Positions 62,853 to 64,000 of a stretch of DNA of 64,000 nucleotides are shown in pieces. This DNA is from an uncultured archaeon. GTDB taxonomy: Archaea; Thermoplasmatota; Thermoplasmata; Thermoplasmatales; Thermoplasmataceae. The stretch lies in contig CP009479.1 of NCBI GenBank assembly GCA_000965745.1, positions 1,248,001-1,312,000 on the forward strand, read 5' to 3'. Each line of letters starts with the position of its first letter. Positions within the stretch are counted from its first letter, which is position 1. The translations under genes and the position numbers were made by a program. The notes under the pieces are model-generated. The model did no database searches. It saw nothing but the letters and a program-made list of their open reading frames with translations, and was not told the origin of the DNA.

Positions 62853-63338
62853 ATGAGCATGCCGGACCGAGAGGAAGAGGACTACACCTCAGACTACTGC
62901 GAAATCACAGACTCAACAATTCCAAGATCACACATTTTCTTCAGGTATGATGCTGAAATGAAGCTCGCTCTTGCATCTCTGGGACTTGCCGTATCCCAGG
63001 GGGAAAGAATCCAAGCTACAAGGGAAATTCTCGACATGCTGGACACGCTCTACAACAACATGATCGACCCGGACTCAGCCCTTCCGGACAGGCAGAGAAA
63101 AAATCTCAACCACGCAGACAGCGTTTGGCTCGACCTGAAAGAGAAACTCAGCCAGGGCAGTTCAAGGACAGCACACCTGTTTGCAGCCCATTCTCATATG
63201 CAACTTGCCTTGTCATACCTTATCGGACTTAAGAATGAAAAGGAGTTCTCGGAGCACATCAGCGATTATCTTATCAAGTACCTTGGAAAACTGAGTGTAT
63301 TCACTTACAGGGAAGCGATTGGGCACGTTATGCTTTGA
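62853..63338 (+). CDS. Hypothetical helical protein
   Basis: ORF-track start overlaps tRNA-Gln, so the start is reassigned to ATG 62853. Confidence 0.65.
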   Translation: MSMPDREEEDYTSDYCEITDSTIPRSHIFFRYDAEMKLALASLGLAVSQGERIQATREILDMLDTLYNNMIDPDSALPDRQRKNLNHADSVWLDLKEKLSQGSSRTAHLFAAHSHMQLALSYLIGLKNEKEFSEHISDYLIKYLGKLSVFTYREAIGHVML

Positions 63339-64000
63339 GCATTTCGTCGAGATATTTTGAGTAGGTCATTGGCTCCTTGACCCACCTGTTCAGCTGTGAG
63401 GTCTCTCTGTAGTAATCAAGGAGAAGCATTTTTACCCTTTCAGCAGAAATTATTCCAGTACCGTCTATACCTTCTACCGCTTTCTTGATTCCTCCGGGCC
63501 TGTTCTTTATTGCAAATGGTTTCTTTCCTCTCTTTTCCCTTATCATGTTCACCATGTCCGCAAAGCTGATCTTCTCAAATGAATTCAGGTAAACTGCACC
63601 GTTTATGCTCCCTGAGTTTTCAATCACTTTGACAAAGTCGTCTATGTAAACTGGAGCAAGGCTCTTGCCAAACGGAAGCTTGATCTTCTCATTGGAAAGT
63701 TTTACAAGCATATCTGTGAGTGGGTCTCCCCTGCCATAAACGATGGATGTTCTTACATTAAGGTGGTTCTTGTACAAGTCTACATTGTCTTCGGCTATTC
63801 TTCTTGTCCTGAAGTATTCAAAGGAACCGTAATGAACATTTATGGCAGAGATGAAAATCAGCCTCTGATCTGTATCGTTCTTTTTCATGGCGTTTACGAC
63901 GTTCTTTGTTCCGGTTACTGTGACATCATAATGCTTCTGCTCCTTCTCATCCCAGACACCTGAGGCGTTGACTACCATGTCATAGTCCTTCACTGCAGAA
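63328..64000 (-). CDS. NAD-dependent epimerase/SDR-like protein, 5'-truncated by the window edge
   Basis: DMVVNASG, GTKNVV.A, FISA, YxxxR..AE, R.SIVYG. Confidence 0.8.
   Translation of the reverse strand, partial: SAVKDYDMVVNASGVWDEKEQKHYDVTVTGTKNVVNAMKKNDTDQRLIFISAINVHYGSFEYFRTRRIAEDNVDLYKNHLNVRTSIVYGRGDPLTDMLVKLSNEKIKLPFGKSLAPVYIDDFVKVIENSGSINGAVYLNSFEKISFADMVNMIREKRGKKPFAIKNRPGGIKKAVEGIDGTGIISAERVKMLLLDYYRETSQLNRWVKEPMTYSKYLDEMLKA

Overview
Archaeal chromosome segment, most consistent with an acidophilic Thermoplasmatales (two TFBs, Gar1, Pcc1, archaeal GltX, bacterial-type gyrase, Trm56-HD fusion, CCA-less tRNA genes). 1-10.8 kb: complete type I-C CRISPR-Cas locus (cas3-5-8c-7-4-1-2, leader, at least 43 spacers) just downstream of tRNA-Leu. 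11.4-33.7 kb: housekeeping and metabolic genes; gyrA carries a frameshift. 34-47 kb: respiratory cluster with a heme-copper oxidase (subunit I-III fusion, CuA subunit II, sulfocyanin-like cupredoxin) that lacks the canonical D- and K-channel residues, plus CtaB, a CtaA-like protein, a membrane polyferredoxin and Cys-motif membrane proteins, interrupted by an ISL3. 50681-59313: decaying 8.6 kb element integrated into tRNA-Ile(CAU), bounded by a 16-bp att repeat that lies inside the integrase 3' end. It holds a group II intron inserted at the base of catalytic domain V of a related intron, plus IS1634 and IS5 sequences. Best candidates for novelty: (1) an intron whose EBS1 appears to read the conserved domain V of other introns while its own domain V is altered to avoid self-targeting; (2) the channel-variant oxidase and its putative copper-supply module; (3) spacer pairs that record repeated hits on the same loci of a diversifying invader. 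All calls are by eye; no database searches were run.
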